From NCBI RefSeq assembly GCF_006345805.1, contig NC_043002.1, positions 110,174,001-110,238,000 of the forward strand: 64,000 nucleotides of DNA, read 5' to 3'. Shown piece by piece: positions 12,193-25,697 of this stretch (position 1 is its first letter; each line of letters begins with the position of its first letter). Under the pieces are notes generated by a model. The model was not told the DNA's origin. It did no database searches and saw nothing but the letters and a program-made list of their open reading frames with translations. The position numbers and the translations under genes are program-made. Source of the DNA: Octopus sinensis. Its lineage: Eukaryota.

Positions 12193-12585
12193 GTGGAGGC
12201 GCAATGGCCCAGTGGTTAGGGCAGCGGACTCGCGGTCATAGGATCGCGGTTTCGATTCCCAGACCGGGCGTTATGAGTGTTTATTGAGCGAAAACACCTA
12301 AAAGCTCCACGAGGCTCCGGCAGGGGATGGTGGTGATCCCTGCTGTACTCTTTCACCACAACTTTCTCTCACTCTTACTTCCCGTTTCTGTTGTACCTGT
12401 ATTTCAAAGGGCCGGCCTTGTCACTCTCTGTGTCACGCTGAATATCCCCGAGAACTACGTTAAGGGTACACGTGTCTGTGGAGTGCTCAGCCACTTACAC
12501 GTTAATTTCATGAGCAGGCTGTTCCGTTGATTCGGATCAACCGGAACCCTCGTCGTCGTAACCGACGGAGAGCTTCCATCCCATA
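12193..12585 (+). mobile_element. tRNA(Arg-like)-derived SINE family B
   Basis: Head GGAGGCGCAATGGCCCAGTGGTTAGGGC...GGTTTCGATTCCC; (CCAT) tail; TSD GTCAGCTTC at 12184-12192 and 12586-12594. Confidence 0.92.
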
Positions 12586-12769
12586 GTCAGCTTCATCTTT
12601 TTTGTTTCTCTGTTCTTGATTGTTTTGGCCGCTGCATCATGCCTCATGGGAAGACATTCTTTCACAGTTGGCAATATTGTGTTTTATGTCTTTGGTCTTG
12701 GTTTTGCTTACCTACATTTGTTATCTATCAATGTTTACTGCCTCTTATGTGGTAGGTACTTGATGGAGA

Positions 12770-14710
12770 TCTCTTGTTCTTGATAAATATCAAGTAAAGT
12801 CAGTTGTAGAAATAATCTGTTTTCCATAAAAGTGTGGAGGAGGCAGCAGCACCTGTCTCTAAAGGTAGCAACCATAGGATTAGACACCTTTCTGAAGAAC
12901 ACTGAATGGCCGAATGCTTGAACATTTCTGTAAACACAACAGTACCAAGAGACTACACTTGGTATCACAAGAAGCCAAGAGATAGGACAGTTAAGAGAGG
13001 ATCCGACTACTGGAAGCTGAACAAGTCTATTTTGATTTGTGAGGCATACAATAGCCAGTTTAAGGAACTAGTACAGAGGGCATTAACTGGCACTGTGGTT
13101 AATAACTGGTGGTGGTTTTCCCTCAAGAGAGCCATTCATTTCGAGTCTGTTAGGTTTAGACACCAGATTGGACTAGATAAGGCTAGAATAGAAGGACAGC
13201 TATTTAAGGACTTAGAAGAGGCATTGAGGTTGGGCTCTGCATCCCACATTCTGGCGGTGAGAATGGCCTTGGACTGTCACCTCAAAGTCAAACATGAGGG
13301 GTGAAGAGTTTGGGTTAAAGTACGTGCATTGGGCCATGAGGAAATTAATGTTGCTGGATGGGCCTGTATGGTAGAAACCCAGCATGGCAATGATGCCACA
13401 ATAAGGTCTCTTGTTGATGGCAATGGGAATTTTGTCAAGGGACAGGACGAGATGTGTGAGGCACTTTAAAAGCACTTCACCAAGTTGTTCAGGAGGGGCG
13501 GGATGCTGGATCATGGTGAGGCACTTAGGGACTTCCTGTCTGGCAGCCCGTGTCTGTCGGCATGAGAGGCTGAGTGCTGTGAAGGGCCAGTCACAGCCGA
13601 GGAGGTGATCGAGGTACAAGGCAAATGCCCCAGGGAGACGTCACTGGGTCTACCCTATGAATTTTATAAAAGTATGCCAGACTCGTTCGGACACCTGCTG
13701 GCCAGTGTCTATGCCAATTGGCAGCAGAATGGGAGAATTCCCAAGTCTGTGAGCCAAGGGGTGGTGACGTTGATCAGGAAGGACACATGCAAGGGGGATG
13801 AAATAAGAAATTTCAGGCCCACAACTCTGTTCAACACAGAGTTATATGGAAGGGAGGAAAGCCACTTGTGAAGTGCTCTGTCAGTTGCCAAAAACTGCTA
13901 AAGGGTGGGTTAGGGATGCCTTGGCTGAAGATGTGAAAATTCGCGTTAAGGTTGAGGCACCTCTGGCTTTATCTGGATGGAGAGCAGGTGTGGTCTCTGC
14001 ACATCCGGTTCTATCTTCTGCAGTTAACATCCTTAACAGACATTGGTACATGGATCAAGCAGAGACCTTGGCTGGGGGACTGGCAATTGGAGTGCCATCA
14101 GATACTTCAGTTGCTCTCTCAAGCAGGCAATGCTGGCAGCAGGAGTTCCACCACAGATTTTTATAGCGGGTTAGTGGAGATTATGTCTGAAGACGCCTTG
14201 GGGGAGAGCCTGGGCTATAACGAAAATCAGTTGATTTACCTGTTCAGGAGAAATTTCGGGCTGGGGTATCTGGATAATTACCAGAAATCTATGGCTTGGC
14301 AGTGCTTCCATGCAGCATCACCTGTTCGCAATAAACTGTCAAGTCACGGAAGTGCCATCTCGCTGATATGTCCAAGGTGCAGGCAGGACAGGGAAACCGT
14401 CTTGCATACATTTGTGGAGTGTCTGGAATTAATGAGACCGATAGCTTTTGCAGAACAACTGTTGTCATCGATGGGAAGAGTACAGCTATCAGCTGAGTCT
14501 ATCATCGAGATTGTGCCATCTCCTTCCCTTAACAGGGAGAAGAAGGCTTGCTCTTTCTGTGTAGTAGCTATACTGAAAGAAACAGTATGGAAGACACATG
14601 TGAAAGGAATAGTGATGAGTACCTTTGTATCTGGCCAGGGGTTGGTCAACTTTTTTTAGTTACCAGCTCATTAGTAAAATCAGGCTGGAGAAGAGATACC
14701 TGTCATTTCT
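12770..14710 (+). mobile_element. Decayed Tx1/L1-clade LINE ORF2 with internal deletion
   Basis: RGSDYWKLNKSIL (post-endonuclease motif), GLPYEFYK...GVVTLIRK...NFRPTTLFNTE (RT N-terminus), then a jump to C-terminal CPRC..DRETVLHTFVEC (zf-RVT type). RT catalytic core absent; stops and frameshifts. Confidence 0.82.
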
Positions 14711-14959
14711 AAAATATTCATTGCTCATGTGTGTATTTATCATAGTATTGGTGGCTTTTGAAGCTTTTGCTTTTATCTTTGGCAAGCAGTATTTTTACCC
14801 TTCTTTTATTCATATATTATCTACTTGTTATTACTTATACTAAATAGTAGATAATATATACTATATATTATCTACTATTTATTACTTATTTGAACACCAT
14901 GCATCCATTTCCAAGTAAGTTTATCTTGACCTTTTTGATGCGACTTTCTTAGTTAGTTA

Positions 14960-15432
14960 ATTTTTTGGCTCAAAAAGCAAAAAGCAAGGCCATGTAGGGG
15001 GACATGGAGTTATGTACAGGGTGGTGTTCATGTAAAGAGTTCAGGCCACTTGATTTCAAGGGAGACTTTGAACCGAGCGGTCGTCGGCATCTTCACCATC
15101 TCGTCCGGCAGCTTATTCCATGGATCCGCAACCCGGACGGAGAAAGCCCCTCTCCTTCAATTGAGATGAAATCGTCGCAGATAGAGCTTTTCGGAATTAC
15201 CCCGCAGCTGACGCTCTGGAGCAGGAGTGAAGAACAGCTCTTTCGAGAGGTTACACTTTCCGCTTATGATGTTGTGAGCAAGAATGAGATCTCCACGGCA
15301 TTGTCGTTTTTCTAGAGAATAAAGGTCGAGCATCTTCAGCCTTTCTTCATAAGACAAATTCTTGAGACCAAGAACCATGCAGGTAGCTAGCTTCTGGACT
15401 CTTTCAAGATGCTGTATGTCTTTGAGGAGATA
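14960..15432 (-). mobile_element. CR1-clade LINE 3' end, 5'-truncated
   Basis: PYLLKDIQHLERVQKLAT..V.GLKNLSYEERLK.LDLYSLEKR..RGDLI...LRG...KL...FSVRV..PWNKLP, a typical CR1 ORF2 C-terminus. Confidence 0.88.
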
Positions 15433-15500
15433 AGGAGAAGAGATAAGGAGATAAGGAGATAAGGAGATAAGAGATAAGAGGAGATAAGGAGATAAGGAGA
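15425..15500. repeat. (GGAGATAA)n tandem repeat at the CR1 truncation point
   Basis: About 9 imperfect 8-bp units, continuous with the SPYL codons of the LINE. Confidence 0.85.
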
Positions 15501-15908
15501 TACTGTTTTCTTCCTCCATCCCTCTCTAATTCCCTTTTTCTTCCTCTCCCTCCTTCACCGTTTTCTATCTCTCTCTCTCCTTTTTCTTTCTCTCTCTCTC
15601 TCTCTCTCTCGTTGCTCACGCATGACCATTGTCCCTCTTTCTTTTCCTTGCATGACCATCTTTCTTTTCTTACATGAACATTCAAAAGAGAAGACGTTTT
15701 TTCTCTCTCTTCTATCTTTTCTCTTTTCAAAAAATGTTTCTCACTATTTTCATCTCGTTCTGGTCTAACGACCCTCCATATTTATTTTCATTTGGTTTCC
15801 TTGTATTCCTCCTCTGTCATGTTTTTGCTCCCAACTTTCACCCTCCATAAATCCTAAAATCTATTATTAATTACTTAATTGAATGCCATACATTCATTTA
15901 TCTAAACA

Positions 15909-16330
15909 AGGCGCATGAGTGGCTGTGTGGTATGAAGCTTGCTTACCAACCACATGGTTCCGGGTTCAATCCCACTGCGTGGCATCTTGGGCAAGTGTCT
16001 TCTGCTATAGCCCTGGGCCGACCAATGCCTTGTGAGTGGATTTGGTAGACGGAAACTGAAAGAAGCCTGTCGTATATATGTATATATATATGTATGTATG
16101 TGTGTGTATATGTTTGTGTGTCTGTGTTTGTCCCCCCTAGCATTGCTTGACAACCGATGCTGGTGTGTTTATGTCCCCGTCACTTAGTGGTTCAACAAAA
16201 GACTCCGATAGAATAAGTACTGGGCTTACAAAAGAATAAGTCCCGGGGTCGAGTTACTCGGCTAAAGGCGGTGCTCCAGCATGGCCGCAGTCAAATGACT
16301 GAAACAAGTAAAAGAGAGAGAGTAAAGAGT
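15909..16330 (+). mobile_element. SINE family A, full length
   Basis: Near-identical to 4541-4956. Confidence 0.92.
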
Positions 16331-16849
16331 ATATATATATATATATATATATATGAATACCTACATTCATACAGACATTCATATATATTCACATCAGTTT
16401 GTTTTTCTGTTATTCTTTTTCTTGGTTTCACCCAGTGTTCCATGGCCATGCTGGGCATATCTATGATTGTTAAAGTTCAGCTATCAATTTTGTGTATGTA
16501 ATAGCAGCTGGATTGACCCTGGGGCATTACAACCAGCAACAATAATTTTATTCATTAATCTAATGAATATAGTCAATCCCCATACGTTTTTAAAACCCTG
16601 GAGTATAAAGAGAAACCATGACAGACTGTAATTGGAAAGAAAGGAGTGAGACCAAAAGGAATCATGTTGTTGGAGAGAGGAAGGATCAGGGGTGTGTTCA
16701 GAATTAATGTTGAAAAAACACAAGGGGGGAAAATGAAAGAGTAAAGGAGGTTATGCCTGTTTATGCATGGACTCATATTAACCAGTCTCTTAGCCACTTG
16801 GGAATCTTGGGGTGGTGCAGCCATGCAGCCTATCTAGGGCTAGACTTAT

Positions 16850-16908
16850 TTCTACAGCTGAGTGGACTGGAACAACGTGAAATGAAGTGTTTTTCTCAAC
16901 AATACAAC
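16850..16908 (-). mobile_element. MetaSINE-domain fragment
   Basis: Minus strand TTGAGAAAAACACTTCATTTCACGTTGTTCCAGTCCACTCAGCTGTA, same as 20400-20460. Confidence 0.6.
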
Positions 16909-17140
16909 ATATATATATGTATGTGTGTTTGTGTGTTTGTGTGTCTGTGTTTGTCCCCCTAGCATTGCTTGACAACTGATGCTGGTGTGTTTATATCCTT
17001 GTCACTTAGCGGTTCAGCAAAAGAGTCCAATAGAATAAGTACTGGGCTTACAAAAGAATAAGTCCCAGGGTCGAGTTGCTCGACTAAAGGCGGTGCTCCA
17101 GCATGGCCGCAGTCAAATGACCGAAACAAGTAAAAGAGAT
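16909..17140 (+). mobile_element. SINE family A, 3' half
   Basis: Matches family A from the internal microsatellite to the tail. Confidence 0.9.
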
Positions 17141-17559
17141 ATGTCTGTGTGCATATAAATAAATCATTTCTTGGGGTAAAAAGTACATATAGTTGGGATT
17201 GTCTTTTGCATTCATCTTTTAGTTTGCCTGTCTCTATACTGGTATATTTGTGTGAGTTGATATTGTTGAATGTATGTGCAGTTGTCTAATTTATATATTT
17301 GCGCTCATGTGTGCACCTATGAATGTGTATTGATGTATATATATTTGTATGTATAGCTGTATGTATGAGCATGGATATATATGTGTCCGTTATATGAGTG
17401 CATGAATACAAATGTAAAGCTACAGCTGTATATCTCTGGATGTAGTTTTTCACCCTCAAACTCTATTATGTTATTCTGCATATAACTAACTCTATTTAAA
17501 TGCTTTCTACAATAAACATGCACCTCATTTAAAGTCTCTGAGAAAGCTAAAGATGTTAC

Positions 17560-17945
17560 ATATCATTCAGCTCTGAGTGCAATGTTTCTCATAGCAGAAA
17601 CAGCTATAAGCTAATGAAATCTTAAATATAGAGTTTAAGTGGAGGAAGTAAAGGAGTATATTTGTGCATTACTTAAGTACTTTATAGTATTGATGGATAA
17701 AGTGGAAAGAAATTTTGTTATTACTAAAAGTACTTATTAAATTATATTAGATTATGAGTTGGGATTAAGCTTTAAAGGTAATAATTCATATATGGTTGTA
17801 CCTGATAATGCTAACAACATAAGAGAATTAATATCTGATATGGAAAAGTTGAGTAGTTCTAGCATGGAAGAGTTAGATAAGGTTACCTCAAAGTTCTTTG
17901 GGGTTCCAAAATTACACAGTTGTGTACCAGTTATGATTACCACCC
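17560..17945 (-). pseudogene. Possible decayed leucine-rich-repeat (LRR) coding remnant
   Basis: Minus-strand fragments LELLNFSISDI, LALSGTTIYEL, LKLNP/THNLI (frameshift), FSNNKISF, then SCFC. Weak LxxLxLxxNxI periodicity; stops present. Confidence 0.25.
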
Positions 17946-18114
17946 CTTTTTCTCAGACATTCTGTATCTCAAAATACATTATTCAATGTATCTTAATCTT
18001 TCCACTTCTGTTATTGAGGTAGGATGGGATTTTAAGGAGTTTTAGATCTTAAATATAACAAGTCAGTTGAGCAGGTAGAGGTTCGTGTTTATTATAGCTG
18101 TTATATTTTCAGGA

Positions 18115-18494
18115 ACAACATCGAACCAAATGAAATCAGTCATGGCTGATGCCAGTGTCACATAACTTGATGTGCTGGTGGCACATAAAAAGCACCCTTC
18201 GAACTTTAAGCCTCACAGAGGTAGTGACAAGTGACGAAGACCTATGGCAATACACCATACTTGAGAAGACCTGTCAAGTCAAGTGAGATCGTAGTCATAG
18301 TCAATGCTGGTGTTTTGTGACTAGCACCCGTGCTGGTGACATGTGGAAAGCACTTGCTACACCTGGTTGACATTAGGAAGGGCATCCAATTTTAGAAACC
18401 ATGCCAAATCAGAATGGAGCCTGGTGCAGCTCTCCTGCTTACCAGTTTTCAGTCAAACCGTTCAACCTACGCCAGCATGGAAAACAGACGTTAA

Positions 18495-18535
<41 letters not shown>
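18115..18535 (+). mobile_element. RTE-type 3'UTR element with (GAT)n tail
   Basis: GGCACATAAAAAGCACC units, TTAGGAAGGGCATCC block, GCCAGCATGGAAAACAGACGTTAAATGATGAT end, as in the 3'UTR of the RTE at 26828-27981. Confidence 0.8.
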
Positions 18536-18536
<1 letters not shown>

Positions 18537-18647
18537 GAATTAAGTACCTTGTCGCATTTGTTCTACTTTTTAACATCTTGCATTCAAATCCTGCAATGGT
18601 CAACTTCCTTTTTTAACTTTCCAGCACTAGCACACATCAAGTATTAA

Positions 18648-18864
18648 CCCTTTAGTGTTCGCATTATTCTTTTTTATTCCTTTTTTATTCACATTGTTTT
18701 GAACTAATCATGCATTATCTTGTAGCTATGAGATTTTGATGAGGTTGCTGTTAATTTTTAAAACGATATTGTAGGGTTGGTGTGAGAGACCAGATATGGC
18801 CAGTTTGAACATAAAACAGGTAGAATATTTTTGGCCGGATATGTCCGGTTTAAATGCTAAAGGG
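18648..18864. mobile_element. TTAA-flanked MITE (piggyBac-like termini), family M1
   Basis: TTAA|CCCTTTAG...CTAAAGGG|TTAA, 217 bp, non-coding. Confidence 0.8.
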
Positions 18865-20229
18865 TTAAGGTCAATTTAATAAACTACAAATCAGGAGCTA
18901 GAGTTCCTAAAGTAGTCTGATGGTATCTTCAGCTTCATTTTGGGAATTCCTGCTATAACACTTGTGCCAAGCTACATCTGTCTTTATACTTCCCTTGGGA
19001 ATCATTAGTGGCGAGGAGAGGGTAGGCCTGTGGCATCTTCCATACAACCGTGTTCAGACCTACATTCTAGAGAATATACTCCTGCATTGCCAAATGGTAT
19101 ACTGCCAATTCAGATTGAGGGTAGACTTTCCATGTGCAAAGCCATGGACTTATAAGACATATCAAAGAAGAAGATAAAGGAGGAAGAGAAGATACAAGGA
19201 GGAAGAAGAGTAAGAAGGAGGAGAGGGGGAAGAAGAACTGGGGAAAGAAGAGAAAATGAAGGGGAAGAAGAAATATCTCCATTAATTGTTTATTAGAGTT
19301 CTTGTTATGTTTTCTGCTAATGTGTACTTTTAAATGATATATCAATTATTGAAGATGTTCTAATATATATGACCCTTGATGATAGTGTCAGAACAGTTCT
19401 CACAAACTCACCTGACTGTTTATATCTTCATGTCTAAAATACAAATAGAAAAAAAATAATGTTGTATTATTATTTTTTGAAAGTTAATAATGCATCATCA
19501 TCATCATCATCATTATTATTATTATTATTTATTTAAAAAAAAAATTTTTTTTTTCAAGTTTATGACAGACACCACTTTATAGCTGGAACATTCAGTTGTT
19601 TGCACATTTTACAGGAATAATGTCCTGTCTAAATTGTTATTCTGACTTTCCTGAAGTTAGCAATGGTTCCAGTCAATTACAATTTTGTTCTTTTTTAGTA
19701 TTAGCATTGTATTTCTCTGTTGCCATTTAAACTGTGGAATTGATTGAGTCAATTATACTGTTCCTTGTATGATTCTATAACTTTCTACTTTCTGCCAATG
19801 TAAGCAATCATTATAGTGATATGGTACAGTGAATTAAACGTTCCATTCTTTTACATTCATGGTTTAAATCCATGATAGAGGCCAGCTTTGAAAAATAAAT
19901 GTAAAGTAAGTTCGATACATTATACAAGCCTGATCCTTACATCATTATTGACTTGAATTTTTAAAGAAACGAAGGGTAATAGAATGTCAGAATCAGAGTA
20001 TTAGATAATAAATCTTGTGGTATTTGTTCTGGTACCTTACTTTGTGAGTTCAAACCCAGCTGAGTTAAATTTTTCCTTTTAAGTTTCCAGGATTAATGAA
20101 GTAAAGTACCAGTGAAGTTCTGGGGTCAATATAGCTGCACCTTTTCTTCAAACTTGGGTCCTTGTGTTTATGTAAAAAAAATAATTAAAGAAATTACCAA
20201 AATAAAATCCTCATCAATAGTCATCATTA

Positions 20230-20530
20230 TCATCATCATTCAATGTGGTTGAACAAATAATCTCAACCAGTTAGGAGTCACAGTATGAGTTTCACTGTTC
20301 ACCCTTTTGATCACTGAGTACAAATGTGGCACACAAAACGTCTGTTCAGGTGACTTTCCTGAGTCACCATTTCACCCTTGTATGTCTATGTATCACAAAA
20401 TTACTCATTTACAGCTGAGTGGACTGGAACAACATGAAATGAAGTGTTTTACTCAAAAATACAGTGCACAACTAGCCTAGGAATCAAAACCAGGACCTCA
20501 TGATCATGAGTACAACACCCTAAACACACT
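20230..20530 (-). mobile_element. Old MetaSINE-type SINE
   Basis: Minus strand: tRNA-like head followed by TTGAGTAAAACACTTCATTTCATGTTGTTCCAGTCCACTCAGCTGTAAATGAGTA (Meta domain), (GAT)n tail. Confidence 0.65.
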
Positions 20531-21179
20531 CAAGTCTGTTTTTTGGTAAATCCTTCTAAATTAGCAGCATACTGTAGCAGGTCTTGTTTGCTATTTACCA
20601 AATATTCTGCCATATTTCTTCTTGCACTGTTGAGCAGCACATACCATCAAAGTGACACTGGGGTTCAAATATATGCAGCCTTATACCCATCATACCTACT
20701 AATCTGTTAAGAGTACACCAGGCACATGTATTACAATCATATGTGCACAATATCAAGATAAACAGCACATGACCATGCAGGTGGGGCCCAGTTAGAATTT
20801 TCTTCAGGTGGTGTAGCCCATCCTGCTCAAAAGGTCCTTGAATGAGTGTTGTTTAAGGATGATGAATGAAACACCCATGTTTCTAGAGGTAAACTATTCA
20901 AACCCCAAAGAATTCCTCTGAACACACAGCTATGATGCTCCCCCACTACTTCTGCTCATGATCAGAGATGCACATATTGTCAGCCGCTAAGGGACATGCT
21001 CAACTGGTTAGAGACAAGCAACTGACAAGCAAATCTGTGGTATTGAGCAGAATATTTGCTGTAGCCCATCTTTTATACCAAGACAAAACAATGTACATGA
21101 TAACACTTCCAATCAGTTTCAATTACATCAACCCTAGTGCTCACTGGTACTTAGTTTATCCACCCCATAAGGAGGAAAG

Positions 21180-21318
21180 GTCAACTTTGCCTTTCATCCT
21201 TTTGGGGTTGATAAATTAAGTACCAGTGAAACACTGGGGTCGATATAATTGACTAGTCCCCTCCCCTAAAATTTCAGGCTTTGTGCCTATAGTAGAAAGG
21301 ATTATTATTATCATTATT
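21180..21318 (+). mobile_element. Old Nin/Deu SINE 3' part
   Basis: TTTGCCTTTCATCCTTTTGGGGTTGATAAATTAAGTACCAG and (TTA)n tail. Similar old copies near 20000-20190 and 22520-23110. Confidence 0.7.
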
Positions 21319-21319
21319 A

Positions 21320-21992
21320 TCAAGTTCATGCGGTCAGAAAATGTACCAACAGGTCGAATGGTGATCAGCAGTGATGAAATAGAGGAGGTAAAGGAATATG
21401 TCTACCTGGGACAGGAAGTGAATATGTGCCGAGATATCGAAAAGGAGATCTCACAAAGAGTAAGGGCCGGATGGAAGGCATTTAATGGCAGAAGTGATGT
21501 GCTCAAGGGAAGGTTGGACAGGACCACCTATGCCAAACTCATCAACAGTACAGTTCTACCTGCAATGTTATATGGTAGTGAAACATGGGCTACCACAAAG
21601 AGAGAAGAGCAGAGACTGGTAATGGCTCAAAGAGCCATGGAAAGGTCAATGCTTGGTATCTCATTGAGAGAGCACATCAGTAGCGAGATCATCAGAAAGA
21701 AGTCCAGCGTGAGGGATGTCATCGCAGAGTATACACGCAGCAAGTTTAGATGGGCTGGACATTCTGCCTGGCTCACCGATAATCGGTGAACCCGCGCAGT
21801 TGTCAAATGGTACCCGTGTGAGCAGAAACGACCACCTGGAAGGCCTCCACGACAGTGGATTTACTATTTCAGGAGGACGATTGGGATCACGTGGATGAGA
21901 AAGGCACGATCCAGAGAGGAGTGGACAGTGAGCGGTGACCAGCAGTGTCAAATGGATGCTCGACAGACTGGTCGGTCAAGGTGATCAAGGTG
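21320..21992 (+). mobile_element. RTE-clade LINE 3' end, 5'-truncated
   Basis: IEEVKEYVYLGQ...EISQRVRAGWKAF...VLPAMLYGSETW...QRAMERSMLGISL...KFRWAGH...KRPPGRP. One in-frame stop; (TCAAGGTGA)2 end; inserted in (TTA)n. Confidence 0.9.
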
Positions 21993-22054
<62 letters not shown>

Positions 22055-22057
<3 letters not shown>

Positions 22058-22450
22058 ACATTTGGCAGTTTCAGGTAAATTCCTACTGCATCATCTGCTA
22101 CACCTCCATGTTGTCAGGGTGTGCACAGCATTGTGTGTTCTTTTTGTAGTTTGAGGAAATGCAAACTCTTTCCAGTAATGCATTGTGTCAGTTTGTTTTG
22201 TTATGGGGTCTGGTTGCTGTCTTTTGTTGTATTAGTGTTTGTGTTATGTGTTGTGTGTGTAATGTGAGTTGTGTTCTTTTGTTGGGTAACTGACTTACTG
22301 GTTGTTGTTTATTTTATTGGATATTTGCTTTATAAAATATGTCTTGTGTTTGTAGATTGTTTTGTTTGGGTTGTATTATTGAATTGATAGTATCTTGCAT
22401 AGGTCATAGGCTGTTCCTAGCAGGGCTATTTTTTGGATAGTGTGTAGTGT
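22055..22450 (-). mobile_element. R4/Dong-clade LINE extreme 3' end with (TAA)n tail
   Basis: Minus strand encodes TIQKIALLGTAYDLCKILSI (R4/Dong C-terminus), then a 3'UTR running into (TAA)n at 21992-22054. Confidence 0.75.
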
Positions 22451-22684
22451 TGTTGTTATTATTGTTATTGTTATTATTATTATTCTCATCAGTATTATTA
22501 ACATTGCTATTAAGATGGAGAGCTGGCAAAATCTCCAAAGTGTTGGACAAAATGTTTTGCAGCATTTCTTCCAGCTCCTTACAACCTGAGCTCAAATTCC
22601 ACCAAGATTAGCTTTGCCATTCATCCTTCAGGAGTCAATATAAAAACATTCCAGTTCAGCACTGGAATCAATGTAATCAACTAA

Positions 22685-22906
22685 CCCTTTTGATACCAAT
22701 CCGGCTGAAACCGCCTCTGGCTCTGTAGTACAAATGCCTTGTTTTCATAAGTATTAAATTAAAATCTTCCACCAAACCTTAGTCACAATTTATGTTCCCA
22801 ATATTAGCTTAATGATAACTAAGTTATCTTACTAAATTCTTTGTTATATTTAAAATAAATTGAATGAAACACAGAGCATCTCAAAATAAATACGGTAACG
22901 AAAGGG
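22685..22906 (-). mobile_element. TTAA-type MITE family M2
   Basis: Reverse complement of 31139-31362; termini CCCTTTTG...CGAAAGGG. Confidence 0.82.
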
Positions 22907-23509
22907 CAGAATCATAAAAGTAGTGGGTAAAAAAAAATGCTTTATTGTATTTGTCCCTGCTCTTTACAATCCATGTTCAGATCCTACCAAGGTCAGCTTT
23001 TGGTGGGGTCAATAAAATAAAGTACCAATCAAGAACATGAGTTGATATAATTGACCTGCCCCAGTTCCCTCAAAATTGCTGGCTTTGTTCTAAAATTAGA
23101 AGGAATTGTTATTATAAGTAACAGTAATAAAAAAAAATCAGTCCAATCATTATAGATTATATGTCTGTTATTAACATATAAGGTAATATTATTAAAAAAG
23201 CAATTTTGAAGAAAAACAATCTAATGTCAAGACAAAGATCATTAAAAAGTTGTAAAATTTTAACAAAAAAAAAAAGATAAATTTATAAAGAAAGGAATTC
23301 ACCCCTATCCCCATAAAAAAAGCGAAAATCTTAATAAAAGGTTATAAGGCCACCTATAATTGATTGATGGGGTCACCTACCAATACAATGTTTAGTAGTA
23401 GCAAGTCTATAACCGGTTTTGCAGGAACATCGATAGCTTCCTTCTATATTGGTACAGATATGTTGACAGTTACCATTTCTTGAAGAACATTCATTAATGT
23501 CTGTAAGAG

Positions 23510-24000
23510 AAGGTAAGAAGAAAAAATAAAATAAAGAACGTCAGGTAAAAGGAATGGGGAGGGGGAGAAACAGAAAGTTAGAGGAAAGAGAGGAGAGACA
23601 GAAGAAAGAAATATAGTAAGACAAACTGTAAAACAGGCAGAGAGAAAAAAGAGTAAGAGGGAGAGTAAAAGAAAAAGAGAGTAAAAAGAGAAAGAGAGAG
23701 AGAGAGAGAGATGAATGGTATGGAAAAGAGAGCAAATGAAAGTGAGTGAAAGAAAGCAAATAAGAAAGGAAAAAACCCCTGTGGGGGGAGAGAGAGAGGG
23801 GGGAGGAAAGAAGGGAATAGTAAAGAGAAAGCAGAAAGCAAATGAGAGATTGAATATATGAAAAAGAGAAAAAAACAAAAGAAAGAAAAAGAGAGTAAAT
23901 TAAAGAGATAAAGAGAAGTAAAAGGAAGAAGAGGAAGAGAAAGTGAGGGAAAAGGAAAGAGTTGAAGGATATAGAAGAGTAAACAAATAAATAATAAAAT
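23510..24000. repeat. Purine-rich (GA/GAAA) low-complexity tract
   Basis: Directly visible. Gives spurious F/L/S-rich minus-strand ORFs. Confidence 0.9.
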
Positions 24001-24810
24001 AAACACCCCCATGCAGTCCACCCTCCACTCCAAATCTTTTGCAAATTTTCAACAAACTGAATTTAAATTGATAAAAGTATATCCCATCTTGAAGGAGTTT
24101 CAGTTTTAAATTGAATTTATTTTGTTTTAAAGAATAACAACTATAATAAATAAATAATAAAAAGTGTATGATAATTAAAATTTAAAAAGGAAATCTGTAA
24201 TAAAGAAATAATAAATAAATGATAATGAAATGAATACAAAAATGATTAAAAAAGAATGATCTGAATAGAAGAAAAGGATAAATTAAAAAGCAACAACAAT
24301 AATAATAATGGAATTTTTAAAAAGTACAACAAATTAAGCAAAATAAGAAATGTACTATTTTATTAATAATTTTGATAATAATTTAAAAAAAAAACAATTA
24401 AATATTAATAAAAATATTATATTACTAAAACTATAAAATGGAAACATAAATTGATATTAAAAATAATGATAATGTTAACGAAACAATGAATAAATGTGCA
24501 AATAATTTTAAAGAACTTTTGGATAAAAAAAAGTAACAAAATGGAACCAAAATAACAATAAACTTTCTGCGCATTTGTATCTCTTATTGTTATTAATTGC
24601 GGCAGAAACAGCAGCAGCCAATGTTTGATGCGACAATTGCCACAATAGAGAAAAATAATAAAACCAGTGGAAGTAACAACAGTAACCATGAATAACAAGC
24701 GGATAATGTGACAACAAAGAAGGCTCTTTGTGGTCGCTTGATCTGTTAGAAATTGCAGTCAAATGCCCTGAAAATCATGCCTACTGCAGTCTTAAAATGA
24801 GGACTTAAAA

Positions 24811-25211
24811 TAGGCGCAGGAGTGGCTGTGTGGTAAGTAGCTTGCTTACCAACCACACAGTTCCGGGTTCAGTCCTACTGCATGGCACCTTGGGCAAGTG
24901 TCTTCTACTATAGCCTTGGTAGACGGAAACTGAAAGAAGCCCGTCGTATATATATATATGTATATATATATACGTGTGTGTGTGTTTGTTTGTATGTATT
25001 TGTCCTCCCAACATCGCTTGACAACCGATGCTGGTGTGTTTACGTCCCTGTTACTTAGTGGTTCGGCAAAAGAGACCGATAGGATAAGTACTAGGCTTAC
25101 AAAGAATAAGTCCTGGGTTCGATTTGCTCGACTAAAAAGGCAGTGCTCCAGCATGGCCGCAGTCAAATGACTGAAACAAGTAAAAGAGAAAAGAGAAAAA
25201 GAGAGAAAGAG
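24811..25211 (+). mobile_element. SINE family A (small internal deletion)
   Basis: Family A lacking the GCCGACCAA...GGATTT segment. Confidence 0.9.
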
Positions 25212-25499
25212 ACTCATTGTATGATACACTACAGAAAAAGGTGGGATGTTCTTGACTGGAATGTTTGTCTCAGAGAAAAACCACAGAGTCTGAGGAAATT
25301 GATGAGGGACGGTGCTGGCAACATTCTAACAACTTTCTACTTTCTTTTGATCATAGTTCTGCTCAGTTACAACTAAAGTGGGCTAAACAAGAAGCCAAAG
25401 AGGGAGCCTCTACTTCATTGTTCAAACAGGTAGAAATAGAAGTTAAATCTCCTTCAGATCACACTTTACAATCTTAAAAAACTGATGGACATATTGGAT

Positions 25500-25640
25500 A
25501 ATCTAGTCTGCTTCTTATCCACATAGTTCTGGGTTCACTCCCGCTGTGTGGCTCCTTTGGCAAGTGTCTTCTACTATAGCCTTGTGCTGACCAAAGCCTT
25601 GTGAGTGGATTTGGTTGGTGGGAACTGGAAGAAGCCTGTC

Positions 25641-25697
<57 letters not shown>

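Noticed and set aside
12195-12270. tRNA gene
   Set aside because: tRNA-derived SINE head continuing into the SINE body with a TSD. No intact cloverleaf or terminator.
23444-24044. Hydrophobic F/L/S-rich membrane-protein-like ORFs
   Set aside because: Complement of a purine-rich simple tract, open in all three frames.
24560-24800. Signal-peptide-like stretch followed by cysteines (secreted peptide?)
   Set aside because: No start codon, in-frame stops, and the 3' part matches the ancient repeat seen at 9660.
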